Assembly: GCA_021613535.1 (NCBI GenBank) | Contig: CP075492.1 | Span: 9,548,001 to 9,612,000, forward strand | Direction: 5' to 3' | Source: Adineta vaga | Taxonomy: Eukaryota > Animalia > Rotifera | Length of the DNA stretch: 64,000 bases | Shown: positions 26,690 through 38,790 of the stretch, in pieces | Numbering within the stretch: position 1 is the first letter of the stretch | Layout of the letters: each line of letters opens with the position of its first letter | The notes under the pieces: model-generated | The model's database searches: none | The model's input: the letters and a program-made list of their open reading frames with translations, nothing else | Told to the model about the DNA's origin: nothing | Made by a program: the position numbers and the translations under genes

Positions 26690-27834
26690 TACAAAAAAAT
26701 CAATCATATCTCGTTTTGTTTGTTTGTTTTTTTTTACTCATTTTATTTCTAGTCAAAAGAAAAGTCAATTGCTTTTTGTGTCTTATTGATATACAAGTAC
26801 ATTGTGTGTGTGTGTGTGTGCATTACTTGCTTTTATTAAATATCTATCTCGTATCTGTGTATTTTCTCTTCTTCTTAGTTGATGATTGTCATTTGTTTTA
26901 GTTCTCTAATTATCATCATTATTGATAAATATATATATTTATATATGTACACATTAAGATAAATGAAACAGCTGTTTGATTTGATACACATTGAACGATG
27001 ATGATAATAATAATATGTGCGAAAATCTGTGTAGTTTCACGGTAAATCAATCCTAGTTAACTAAATGAAACTGATTTCCCAACAGCACGTAGCTCGTGGC
27101 AACACTTTAATGTGAACAAACAATCGGAATGGGTTCATTTAACAGATATTTTTCTTTTCTCAATTATCTCATGTATCATCCATTGCTAGAATTGACAATC
27201 ATATGAATAAAATAAACGATATATAGTTATTGAATCGATTTTCCTATCAAAATTTGTTATTTATTTTAAGTTAGTGATAAAATTTTCATTAGTTGTATGA
27301 TGCAGTAAATATGACATTATTCGATAATTATTTTGTCACCTGTTATATTCCATACGTAATATGTTCTTTGCTCAATGTTTTGATTGTATTCGATATGGCA
27401 CGCGTCATTGTTTTGCTTTTCAATTCACACCTTATCTTCAACACCATATCATATTCACAATACACTTTTCTTTTCCTCTCTCTCTCCCTCTCTCTCTCTT
27501 TCTTTATAACTATACATACGGATCAAAGATTGATATTGAACTTAATTAAGAAGAATATATATATTGACAACGATGAGAATATCTTTCATTCTTTCTTTCT
27601 TGTCAATTTCAAAATATTGAATAATTTGTCTGTCAACGTTTAGCAGTTACTTGTCAATGTTTACTTGATAAGGGAATCAACTTTCTCGTGCCCAATTAGT
27701 ATTCATATATACAATCTCAGCATTGTTTCCTATTCTCTTCTCTTTTCTTCTTTATAAATAGTTACTCTATTTATTTCACTTCATTACATTATTTTTCGAG
27801 ATCAATAGATCAACTGAACTTGCAAAACAAACAA

Positions 27835-28179
27835 ATGGATTCATTTAATTCCTATATACCATTAACATCGACACCCAAACGATCTAATAAATCTTCTTAT
27901 GCTCAACCATTATCGTCAACATTATCAACATCGAATCATTCGTATCAAAAGATGGATTTATCAGTTTCAGCAATAACATTCATTAAGAAATCATCGTCAT
28001 CATCACATCAAAAGAAACGCCGTCAATCCTATCATCGACGACGAACTCATATTCATTCATCGACAATTATTAAACGTATTGAACTAAAACATCTATTATA
28101 TTCAACACGAGCAATGAAATATTCCGATGACAAACAACATCATTACACAGATAATGATATGAAGATTTATGTCGTGTAA
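27835..28179 (+). CDS. Orphan Ser-rich/basic small protein (114 aa)
   Basis: Single exon, ATG in AAAATG-like context, TATAAATA at ~27753, AATAAA at ~28238; PLTSTPKR and NLS-like KKRRQSYHRRR. Confidence 0.6.
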   Translation: MDSFNSYIPLTSTPKRSNKSSYAQPLSSTLSTSNHSYQKMDLSVSAITFIKKSSSSSHQKKRRQSYHRRRTHIHSSTIIKRIELKHLLYSTRAMKYSDDKQHHYTDNDMKIYVV

Positions 28180-28534
28180 AATAGAAACATTAAACGATTT
28201 GATTTTATTCTCTTTTTCTTTTCTTTTTCTTCTACCGAATAAAGCTCTGGATAACATAAAATTGACTAGTTCGTAAATATAGGCAAATATGAATGAGTAG
28301 AAATTTCAATTTGCAACAAATTTTTCTCAATTACATAGTACAGGTGGTCTGTAATATGATTGCAAAGGATTAGTTCTCATCAGCAATCGTCGCTTTATTT
28401 TTTGCGAAATCTAATATCGATTTGACTCATACTGATTTTACAAAAATCAGCCTTATCGATTGTATATATATACTTATTAAAGATAACAGACTTTCGTTAC
28501 ATTTCTATTTCATTGTAAAACTATCATTAATACA

Positions 28535-29290
28535 ATGGTAACAATGTTTCGAGTACAAATTTTACTTTTAACATACTTAACGGTTACAATTCATGCTGGA
28601 AAATCATTAGAAAAATGTAAGAATTCAATTGATTAAGTTCGACGTTATGTTTCTTATATATTCTTTAGATTATATGGATAAAATGTGTGGTAGTGATGCT
28701 TTGGTTCTCGATGGTGATAATAAACCAGGTATTTCATTTCAATTAACAACTAATAATAAATACAAACCAAATATGGATTGCACTGTGAAATTTCGTACTG
28801 CTCAACCAACTCAACGTTTGATAATTACAGTCGAAAAAATGGATATTACTGATTGTTCAGGTGATTCATTACTTATCTATGATGGTACAACATTAATCAA
28901 TAAAAATCCTAAACAACAATGTGGTTCACCTGGATTATATACATTTACTGTACGTAGTTAATTTGATTTGGAAGAAATTTTCATGTTGTTTCGTGTGTGT
29001 GTGTGTAGAGTTCATCAACACAAGTATCGATGGTTTTCAAAAGTAATGCGGCAATTGAATCAACTGGATTTCAAATTGCAGTTGCACTTCATTTTCCAAG
29101 TAAGATTTGTAATTGTATTTAGACAAAATAGCTTCATATATTCTGTTTTTATCTAGTGATTGCTTCATGTCCTCAAAGTCTTGGCTTCTATCAATGTAAG
29201 AATCGTAATTGTATCTCAAAACAACTTCAATGTGATGGACGAAATCATTGCGGAGATGGTACTGATGAAAATCAATGTAGTATTGGTTAG
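28535..29290 (+). CDS. Secreted CUB + LDL-receptor class A domain protein
   Basis: Signal peptide; CUB ([24 protein letters not shown]....TGF); LDLa [37 protein letters not shown]; 4 exons. Confidence 0.85.
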
Positions 29291-29425
29291 AAATCCGACT
29301 TAAAATTTTTCTCCTTTGCTCAATTAATATAACAATGGAAAACAATATTTTTATTGCGAATGTCATATTGATTTTCTATGCATAACAAAAAAAAATATAT
29401 CTTTAGATGATGTCGGTATAAAAGA

Positions 29426-31251
29426 TTATTTCGGTTCTTCGCCAACATCAATTAAAAAATGTGTATAAAGATGATAAAAAGTCGTATTGAGTAATTGATA
29501 TTTCACATTATTCACTCCATCAGAATCGATTCGAATATGTGCTGTTCGAAGAACTTTCATTCGAGCAGGATTTAATTTTTGATGCGTATGTTTTAACATT
29601 GTATAACGAGCAAGAGATGCTGGTGGACGTTCAACTTTTAGATTCTTATTAACAATTCGAGCATGCATATCATCATCTTCACCACCCCATCCCCAGTAAT
29701 TTGTTGAATAACCATTGACAAGAAAATAATGTTCACGACGCATAGCTAGAAAGAGAAATAGAAAAAGAACAAACTAACTATTCAAATATTTAGAATTAAT
29801 GGACATGAGTATAATATTTCAGATTGTTAACAACTTCTTCTTTACATGATAAAAAGACGTTTACTAGTTGATGACAGTTTAATGTAATTGTATTTCATGT
29901 TCATTCATTCATTCGATCTCGACATCTATAATCAATGTGTGTTTATTTTAACTATTTCCCTTGTCGATCACTTCGTCAACTAATTCTATTCGACATCGAT
30001 TTTCTTTTCTTCTTTCATACGTGATTATTTACATTGTGCCAAATGAAAATCTCAACATAACCTTGTTTATGTTATTTACCATCATTGAATATTTATCAAA
30101 TAAAAATATGTATCTGTCGAGAAAGAAAAAAAAACCGGTGGAATCCTTCCGCTTTCATAACTAACTAACCGACGCTGGAGGAACACGATACATTTTTCTT
30201 TTAGCAGTTAATTAGTCACGAAAGAAATATTTTCACACGGCTTTAGGATAAAAATTGTGGGCACATTTTTTTTCAGAAAGGTTCTTTTCCTTCTCTCTAT
30301 CTCTCTCTATCGAGGAAATCAATACACACGTGAATAAAAAAAACCTATTGAATCTATTCAATATATTTTTTAATACAAATGATTAATTTATGAATTCTAT
30401 CATGATGTATTATTTGCACCGTTGAATAGCCTATATAGAAAAGACTATGATGAAGTGTTCTTACCTAGAACTCCTCCAACGAGTTCAGTATATGGTAGAT
30501 AAAAATGAAATTTGTCAATAGCAACACTTAAATGACGTGGAAATCTTGGACATGTATACATATTTCGATCATCGATTAATAATAAATCCACATCATGCAT
30601 AACAAAACAAGGTGTATCAGGTTGAAGTTTAAGAATCTCTTTAAAACAACCATTCATTACAATACCTTTATTGAAAATCTTATCATAAGCTTGTTCACAA
30701 ACATATATTCGATAATCTAATTGTTGACGTTGTAAAACTTGATGTGTATGATAAAGAAATTGTTTTAATATATCTATTCGATCTCGATAAGGTACAATGA
30801 TAGCAATTCGATGTCGAGCTAAACATGTTTTCGGTTGATAATATCCACCGATGTTTACATCAGTAAAATATGATGAATTAGTTGTAATTGAAAAATCTTT
30901 TGGTAAATCAGAAACTTTAATTGGACCTTGAAGATTGGGTGGTACTGGTGGACAATAATTTAATGGTATACTTCGATTTTCTGTTGCTGATAGATAAGTT
31001 TGAATAAATGAATGTAGAAATGTTTTATACGTATTTTCAAAATGAATATCTGTTATTGGTACGAACTTGTTGGCTGTTAGATTTTGTGGAAGAGAATTAG
31101 TTGATGTTTGTGTTACATATTGATTAATATTAGTTGATGATGAACGTCGAATAATAGAAATTATATTAAAAATACTGGTTAGAAACATAAATCCAGTACA
31201 TAAAATACATAAGAAATAAATATGATCTTGTCGACGATAGTTAATCATCAT
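29426..31251 (-). CDS. Beta-1,4-N-acetylgalactosaminyltransferase (GT7, BRE-4/B4GALT-like)
   Basis: Type II TM, AIIVPYRDR, FNKG, HDVD, CPRFPRHLSVAIDKF, LVGGV, NGYSTNYWGWGGEDDD; 2 coding exons. Confidence 0.92.
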
Positions 31252-33141
31252 TTTCTTACTAAGTCATCTGAAAACAGATTAACATGTCAAGATTAAACAA
31301 ATAATATATAAAAGAAGAAAAATTAGATGAAGAAGTACAAGAAAAGTGTGTGAAGAGAAATCATCTAATCAATTTTCTTTCTTGACAAGCATTGACAATG
31401 AATTGAATGTAGTTAAACTAACATTTCTTGTGTGCTGTTCTTCTTCTTCCTTTTCTTCTTCTCTCTTCGTTCAATAATACTATACTGCGTGTTTAATAAA
31501 AAAAACTTTTCCCTACAGTAATAAAAGAAAAGGAAGAGAGAAAAAAAACACATTGTTGAGGAAGAATCTCTTGACAAGATCTCAGTATAGAAGTGAATAT
31601 ATTCTATTCAATTAATCTAATGAGAGATATTTTTCACTATATGATGAGAATCGAAAAAAAAAGAAAGAAAGTGTCTATCGACTTTTCACAGTTGACATAC
31701 AATGTGAATAGAAAAGATACGAAGAAAATGATAAGCAAAATCAATTGAAATTTTCTTACCTAGTTTGTTTGATCTATACTAACGTGTCAAATATAAAAGC
31801 TTATTGCTCTTGAATGCTTATACTAACGTTTGTTTTACAAATAGAAATCTAATGAAGTAGAAATCAAGCAATAGTATATACAAATATATTCTTTCAACAA
31901 CTTTTCGATATCTTAAATACATTTACATTGGTGTGTGTGTGTGCATATACTTCATTTAAACGGAAGATGTATGTGTTCGTTTTTTTGTTGTTCTATACAT
32001 GATGACAATGATATTTGACATAAGAAAGAGAAAAAAAAGGCGTTGATTCAAATTTCATCACATAGCTATTCGATCAGTTTGTATTTATAAAAGTAAGAAA
32101 TCATATTATATGAAGTATCTTGCCTTTTCTTGTCAATCAGGCAGACAGACAATTGGAACAATTGAAGTAACATGAAGTATGTTTAGTATACTAAAACAAT
32201 ACCATAGATCATATAAGTAATTTGATATGAATAAATAAAACTGATTTCCCAAAATACAGACTTATTTCAATAAAAATTAGGAAGACAAATATTTGTAAGA
32301 TTTTTACAATATCTAATTTTGTAAAAATTTCGTGCAATAAAAACTTTCTTCCGTTTCAAGTATTCATCAATGTCACTGTCGTTCGAAATAGTAATAAAAA
32401 AAGAATGTAATTTTGTCATAAGTTTTATTCACATCGCAGTGTAAGATTTAGATACTGTAAGAATACTCTTATTTATGTAATACCATCGAAAGTGGTTATT
32501 CAAGCTGCATTAATCGTATATTTCATTTTCTTTCTATTCCACACATATCAGGTTATATCATGATTGATTTGTTTGGTATCCGTTGGTAATCATAGAGACT
32601 ATACTTTCGTGCTTATTCATTAGTCTTGAAATTGATTCAGTACTTTCTATATTGATATGATGAATATAAAACTAGTGAAGAATTATCTCTGCTTCTAAAG
32701 ATATCATTCTTGATGTTTGAAAGCAAATAGAAGTAAAGTTTTCATAGTCACACTGTTGTCTTGATTGGTATATATAGAAAATTAACAAAGGTTATTTCAA
32801 CCTTTTGATAAAACTCAATCGCCATTGTGTTCAAGATATTATAAATATAAAAAAAATGTTAAAATCACGTGGTCTTATCGAAATCAAATATTTATATGTG
32901 TGGGAAGAACACAGAATAGGTGAAAACATTATTCACTTGTGTTTACAACATTGTATTTTCGACATGCATCGATGATTTTCTCAATCGTAGAATCATCCAA
33001 CGAAAAACTAGTATTCTCTTTTTTCTTTCATACAGTATGCAGAAATATTTTTTCGTTGAGTGACGACTGATTATACTTTTATTTTTCGACTCTTTAGTAA
33101 ACCAAAGTGTCTAAATAGTCAAGCTTGACGATAATATAAAT

Positions 33142-33789
33142 ATGACGAAATGTTCAATTCAATTGATTTATTTGGCTTTATTAGCTGTTTTATTTTTAAC
33201 AAATAATATTGTTCAATCAGCACCACATAGCACTGAAGCGGATGACGAAAGTAATGAACTTCGTGATACTCGAGGACTTCAAACTCTCGTCGATTTTATT
33301 CAAGGTGAGAATTATACATTTTAATTGATGATTTCGAATTTTAGGTGCCTCTTTACAACAAAAGCTGACATCATAGTTGTGCAGAGTAGCTTTCAGAATT
33401 GTTCTAGACACTATTTTTTTATTAAAAACAAATATTGCTTTCTGAGTTTTGCGAAATCACTGGATGGAACTTTACTAACACGTTATTAATCACTTACAGT
33501 GTTGTATTCAATAATATAGATTAAAGAGAGTGTATTTTTGAGTACTATCTTGCAATTACCTTTCATATCATTCATACCGTTCAATTTGTTTTTCTCTAAG
33601 ATTTGATGACGAAACCGGGTATTCGCAAAATAGAAGATCATCAGAAAGGATTGGAACACATGCGTCGTGGTGAGTTTTGTAATATTTGATTCATGAAATT
33701 CTCATTCTAATTCATTTTTCTTAGTTTCTCAACATTCATCATTTCTTGAAAAGGACTTATCGTCCGAAGACAATGATGCCATGCAATAA
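33142..33789 (+). CDS. Secreted peptide precursor A (signal-acidic propiece-amphipathic peptide)
   Basis: Exons 33142-33304, 33601-33669, 33725-33789: MTKCSIQLIYLALLAVLFLTNNIVQSA-PHSTEADDESNELRDTR-GLQTLVDFIQDLMTKPGIRK-IEDHQKGLEHMRRVSQ..AMQ*; paralogous to precursor B. Confidence 0.75.
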
Positions 33790-35232
33790 GCGTATGAACG
33801 ACGTCGGACTGTTTTGCATCAACTAAAATTCTTCAATAACTCATCTAAGCAGCAATATTAAACTATAATTAATATCTTCGAATTTCTTTGTTTTTTCAAA
33901 TGTTATTAAAAGATTTACTTTTGTCTCATTAACTTGTTCTTTTATTTCTTTGTATCTTTTAACTGAAACAGTATTTTTTTTCAAATAGTCTTCTTTAGTT
34001 AAATTGATGGTGCATTTATTATAAACCCATATAGTATAGCTTAACATAATGAAGTAATCCATAGCAATACAAAAAACTGTTTTGATGATAAGATTACCTG
34101 AACGATTCATAATAGTACCTTTCGGATCTTAAACTAATTGATATAATACCATATTGACATTGATAAAAACTTCTCCTAAAACCTTTATAGATAGAGACCA
34201 TAGATTGACCTATAATCTATTGTGTATCTCCTACTTCATTTTTGTAAATAATAAAGATAGTACGAAGTTGAATAATATCATGTATCAGGTGCATCTGATG
34301 CTAAGACAATGTGCTCGAAAGAACTATAATTGTTGTTTCATTTGCGATGTTACGAACAGAATCTATAGATTGACAGTATATGAACATCGTGTGCAAATGA
34401 CTTATAATGCTCCGACAGGAACTGTTGTTTTTCTCTGAATGACTATTAAGCTACATATCAAGTGTATTTTATAGCTTCAGTTTAGTTGCATATGACGAAA
34501 AATGATACGAAAATGACGTGAGAACTATTAACGATATATTTTATACGACAAATGTAGTATTGGATAATGTGCCTCATCAAACAATCATATTCTGAATGAA
34601 AAAGATCCGAGTAAGAGTTTCTCATAGTGATCAGTTATCAAGTTTTTGACATATAGTGTATGATAAAAATGACGATGAAATGAATGTTTACTAAGCGACA
34701 TTTCGCGCATGTTTTTCGACGAAAAATGTATTCGCTTGATGGATTTCGCATCGATAGTACCATCTAACATTATCCCTGTCTTAAATCATGCAAGACATGA
34801 ATAGAAGAAAACAATTATATGATAAATCAAGCAGAACAGATAGATGTAATATTATATGGTATGTATGAATAGTAGTATCCAAAAAAAAGGCAAAAAATAA
34901 TGTTTGTCTCTCCAAAATTGTTTCAAAACACTCATAACAAGCAGAAAAAATTGAGAGATATACCATATGAGTCAAATAAAATATAAATACGAAAGCGAGT
35001 CGTACATTATTCGAACGGATTTATACCTGAGTCTACCAGGTAAATATGAATATGTTATTTTGGACACGCTTCGACGATTATTTTTCTCTCTAATAATCAT
35101 CACACATAACTAAGTGTACCAAAAAATCACATAGAACGTAGGCATTTTTTCGATTCTCTGTTTCTCTTGCATATTTTATTTGCAGATCATATGTCCATCT
35201 TATATTTACCAAACGACAAGAAAATATTTACA

Positions 35233-36281
35233 ATGCATCATTTATTACAACTGAGTTGTGTAGCTTTATTGGCGTTTGTACTTTTAACAAATAATATTGT
35301 TCAATCGGCGCCTTTCAATGGTCCAGACGATGACGATTCATCTGAGATTCTTGATACGCGCGGAATATTAGGTGACTTTAAAGAATGGGTAACAGGTGAG
35401 AATTATGTTTTATTTTTAGGACAAACAGTCATGAGTTGAGTTCACAAATTTCTTGCACAAAAGTTTGTTTCAACTGATAGAGTTTTCCAAGACTTTCTTC
35501 AATATATGATATAGAACACACCCGTAGAGTTTGAATATCTATCAAATCATCTCACCTACTTCATTAATACCTTGAGTAATGTTTATTTCAACAGAATCCT
35601 TGGAAAAAATATTGAGCTGTGCCAAAATTTACAATTGTACGATCCAGGTTTCCAAAATATGCACCAGAACTGCATCATTGAGAAATTGATTGCGTAACAG
35701 ATTTTCTGGGACAGATACTAATTTAGAACATTGTGACCTCTTACTTTTGCGTTTGTTTAAAAAATTAACCTATTTCAGATCGTCGAGATTCTTATCGAAA
35801 ATAAAAAGTATGAATAGTAAATTTCTATCAAACGAGATTATTTATATTGGAAATTTGAATATTGATAATGAGTAATAATACAATGCTTGAATCATTTCAA
35901 AGATAACATATTTATTTATTTATTCATTTCACATTTTCTCTAGATCTTTTTCACAAAATTGGTCTTACAAAACGAGAACAATGTGACGCATTGGATCATA
36001 TGATTCGTAGTGAGTAACTTTTTTTCATTATTTACTCTCCAGAAAACATAACAATATACCAACAAATGAGACTTAATTTTGTTTGTTAAAGTACATTTTC
36101 AGAATGAAATACTAGAAAAATTAGAAACATTCCGATGAATTCTTATTCTATCTCGTATGTTGTGGCTCTTCAACGTGAATCGAAACGTAACGAACCCGTA
36201 TAGGCTGAAAGCAGTGAGTTCGTAGAACTAGAATATGAACGGCGCCAGCCCTTCGGTGTCAATAAACGTCAAGTCGCTTGA
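35233..36281 (+). CDS. Secreted peptide precursor B (tandem paralog; third exon disrupted)
   Basis: Exons 35233-35395, 35944-36009: MHHLLQLSCVALLAFVLLTNNIVQSA-PFNGPDDDDSSEILDTR-GILGDFKEWVTDLFHKIGLTKR-EQCDALDHMIR. Exon-3 homologue 36166-36281 has acceptor GG instead of AG and an internal TAG; the real 3' end is uncertain. Confidence 0.7.
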
Positions 36282-36558
36282 ATCAATGAAAGCGTTTCAA
36301 TAATTTATTCCAAAATCGAACTTAAAACATAATAGACATCTTTATAACTCTTTTCTTTTGTTAAGCTTTTATTTTCATATTGTTAGTTGCTTCTCTTAGT
36401 TCCCGATATAATCTTTTCTGCTATAAATCATTCAGTTTAAATTATATTTATCAAGAAATTAAAAGAATATCAAATAAACGGTTTATATCGATGAATAGTT
36501 AATAATAGTAGAAAAATCCATCGAAAAAGCACTCCTTTCATCTGTAATTCAACTGAAT

Positions 36559-38005
36559 CTATTGTTCCAAATGGAAATGAAAAGTTGTTTGTTGATGATA
36601 TTCTTCATCGGGACGAAGAATAATACTTGGAAAATGCGGCTAAATAAAATATCAATGTAAGATATAAAGTATCCAAGAAAATAGTATTTACTTGGTTGTT
36701 AACACTATCACTATAGTTTTGTGTTTCTAAACAGAGTGCACCATATTTTTTGTATGTATGTCCTTGTCGCCCTTTGACACTATTAAGAAAATTTCCTGTA
36801 TAAAATTGAAGACCTTTCTGAGTAGATTCAATTGATATTGCCCGACCACTTGTTTGATGAACTAGTCTAATAATGAACGAATAGAAAGAAGATATATGTA
36901 GATAACTTTTTCATAATTACATACTTGCCAAATGATCGTTTGCCTTCACCATCGATAATAAACATCATATCATAACCATCAAATGATTCATTAACACGTT
37001 CACCAATTGAAGTGGATTTTTTAAAATCAAATGGCGTATTATCTACTGTTGCAATTTCTCCTACATGAACAAAACAAAGTACATCTCAGTGTAAACATTA
37101 TCTATTTTAAAAAGTAATCATTACCTGTTGGAATAAGTTCTTCATCTAATGGAATATATTTATCAGATGGTACTTGAAATAGATGATCAAGTATCGGTCC
37201 ACTACCCTATAAAATGAATTTTTGAAAGAAAATAAGAAAACTCTCCAACAAATCTATGCTTACATCTCCAGCTAGATTAAAATAAACATGATTGGTCATA
37301 TTTATTGGTGTAGCTTTTGTTGTTGTGGCATGAAAATCAAGTGTTAATTCTTGATCATTTGTTAAGGTATATTTCACAGTACAATCAACTCGACCAGGAT
37401 AACCACCTTCTCCTAAATAGACAAATTGATCGAATTTGATTAAAACCATTAAAATTTAACTAAATATTTACCATCCGGACTTTGATATTTAAAAACAACA
37501 GTATCACCATTTTCTGTTGTACTATCCCAAACACGTTTATGAAATACACCATGAAGATGATGTTTTTTTGTACCATCATTCTTCTCTAATTCATATACTT
37601 TGCCATCCAATTCAAAACGTCCATTCTTTATTCGATTTGCTACTCGGCCAACAGTAGAACCAAAAAAACATTGATCATCAACATATTCTATTATTATAAG
37701 AAACAATAGTATGTACAATTCAAATTTATATCTTCTAAACTTCTTATACATACCTTGTAAAGTATCGTAACCGAGAGTGATTTCTGCTGTTTGATTATAT
37801 TTATCAAGTTGTCGAATTGATTGAATTGTAGCACCATAGTTGATCAAAGCAACTTCAAAACCATTTGACGTGGTAAGTGTATATCTACAATTAAACTTTT
37901 TGTTTACATCGACGAAAGAAAACAATATTCATTTCCTTACTTTTTAATTTCATTATTATTTTTTGTTACACCAAATATACTTTCAGTTATTTTTACACCA
38001 GCCAT
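36559..38005 (-). CDS. GALM: Aldose 1-epimerase / galactose mutarotase
   Basis: INYGATI, FGSTVGRVANRI, HHLHG, GEGGYPG, TPINMTNHVYFNL, TPFDF, DGYD, LQFYTGNFL, CLETQ. Confidence 0.94.
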
Positions 38006-38250
38006 ACACCTTTTATCGTATTTTGGGTACTTATACTAAAACAAAAGACGTTTTTTTATCTATGCAAAACAAATAACATTTCATCTGGATATTTATTAAG
38101 TTTAAAAAAAGACTACTAACGTTCTCTACCGTTTTATTTTTAGTTAAACCAATCGTATAATAAATGTTTCTTTTCCTTGTACCTGTATATATACGCGCTT
38201 ATTAATATGATTTTTGATTCAAAGATTTTTCTCTTTTCATTTAATTAAAA

Positions 38251-38701
38251 CTGTCTACAAGCACAATATCGACTCATGTTAATCAATCTCAAATATTTTC
38301 GTGTAATTTATATTTTATTGAACATATTCTTTTCGTTCTAATGATCTATTCTAGCAACGGTAGTCACGAAAACACTATCATCTACATTTTTGATTATTCT
38401 CAGCATTACTGTAATGTGTTTCTTCAAAAAGGTTTTGATTAATAGACAATATAATCTCTAGGTTGTAATGATAGTTTTATTTCTATCCATCGCTGGTTTT
38501 ATAGTCCATCTATATCATAAAAATCAACGTCGTTATCTAAGAACATTAACACGATCAATTTATGAGACATTACAAAGATCATCGGATACAGCTGCAGGAT
38601 CCTATCTAAACATAGCATCAGCAAATGGACAAGGATTTGATCCATCATCTACATCAGATTCACATCATAGTCAATATGCTGTTGCTTATGTATATAAATA
38701 A
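38251..38701 (+). CDS. Small single-pass membrane protein with cytoplasmic Tyr motifs; start codon uncertain
   Basis: Exons 38251-38302, 38355-38410, 38462-38701 splice in frame: short S/T-rich ectodomain, TM FLIILSITVVMIVLFLSIAGFIVHLY, tail with SIYETL, SYLNI, QYAVAY. Confidence 0.55.
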
Positions 38702-38790
38702 GACTCTATTGAAAGAATTTGTTTTGTTTGCATATAATAAAGACAGAAATTAATGCGCGCGTGCATATGTATATACATCTATATGTATAA

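Noticed and set aside
33841-35000. Short ORFs between the two peptide genes (e.g. 33841-34110 minus) as foreign or TE genes
   Set aside because: No recognizable motifs, TIRs or coherent splice structure
36150-36290. Possible hammerhead ribozyme / Penelope terminus in a GC-richer patch
   Set aside because: No CUGAnGA-stem II-GAAA arrangement on either strand; better explained as the exon-3 homologue of peptide precursor A
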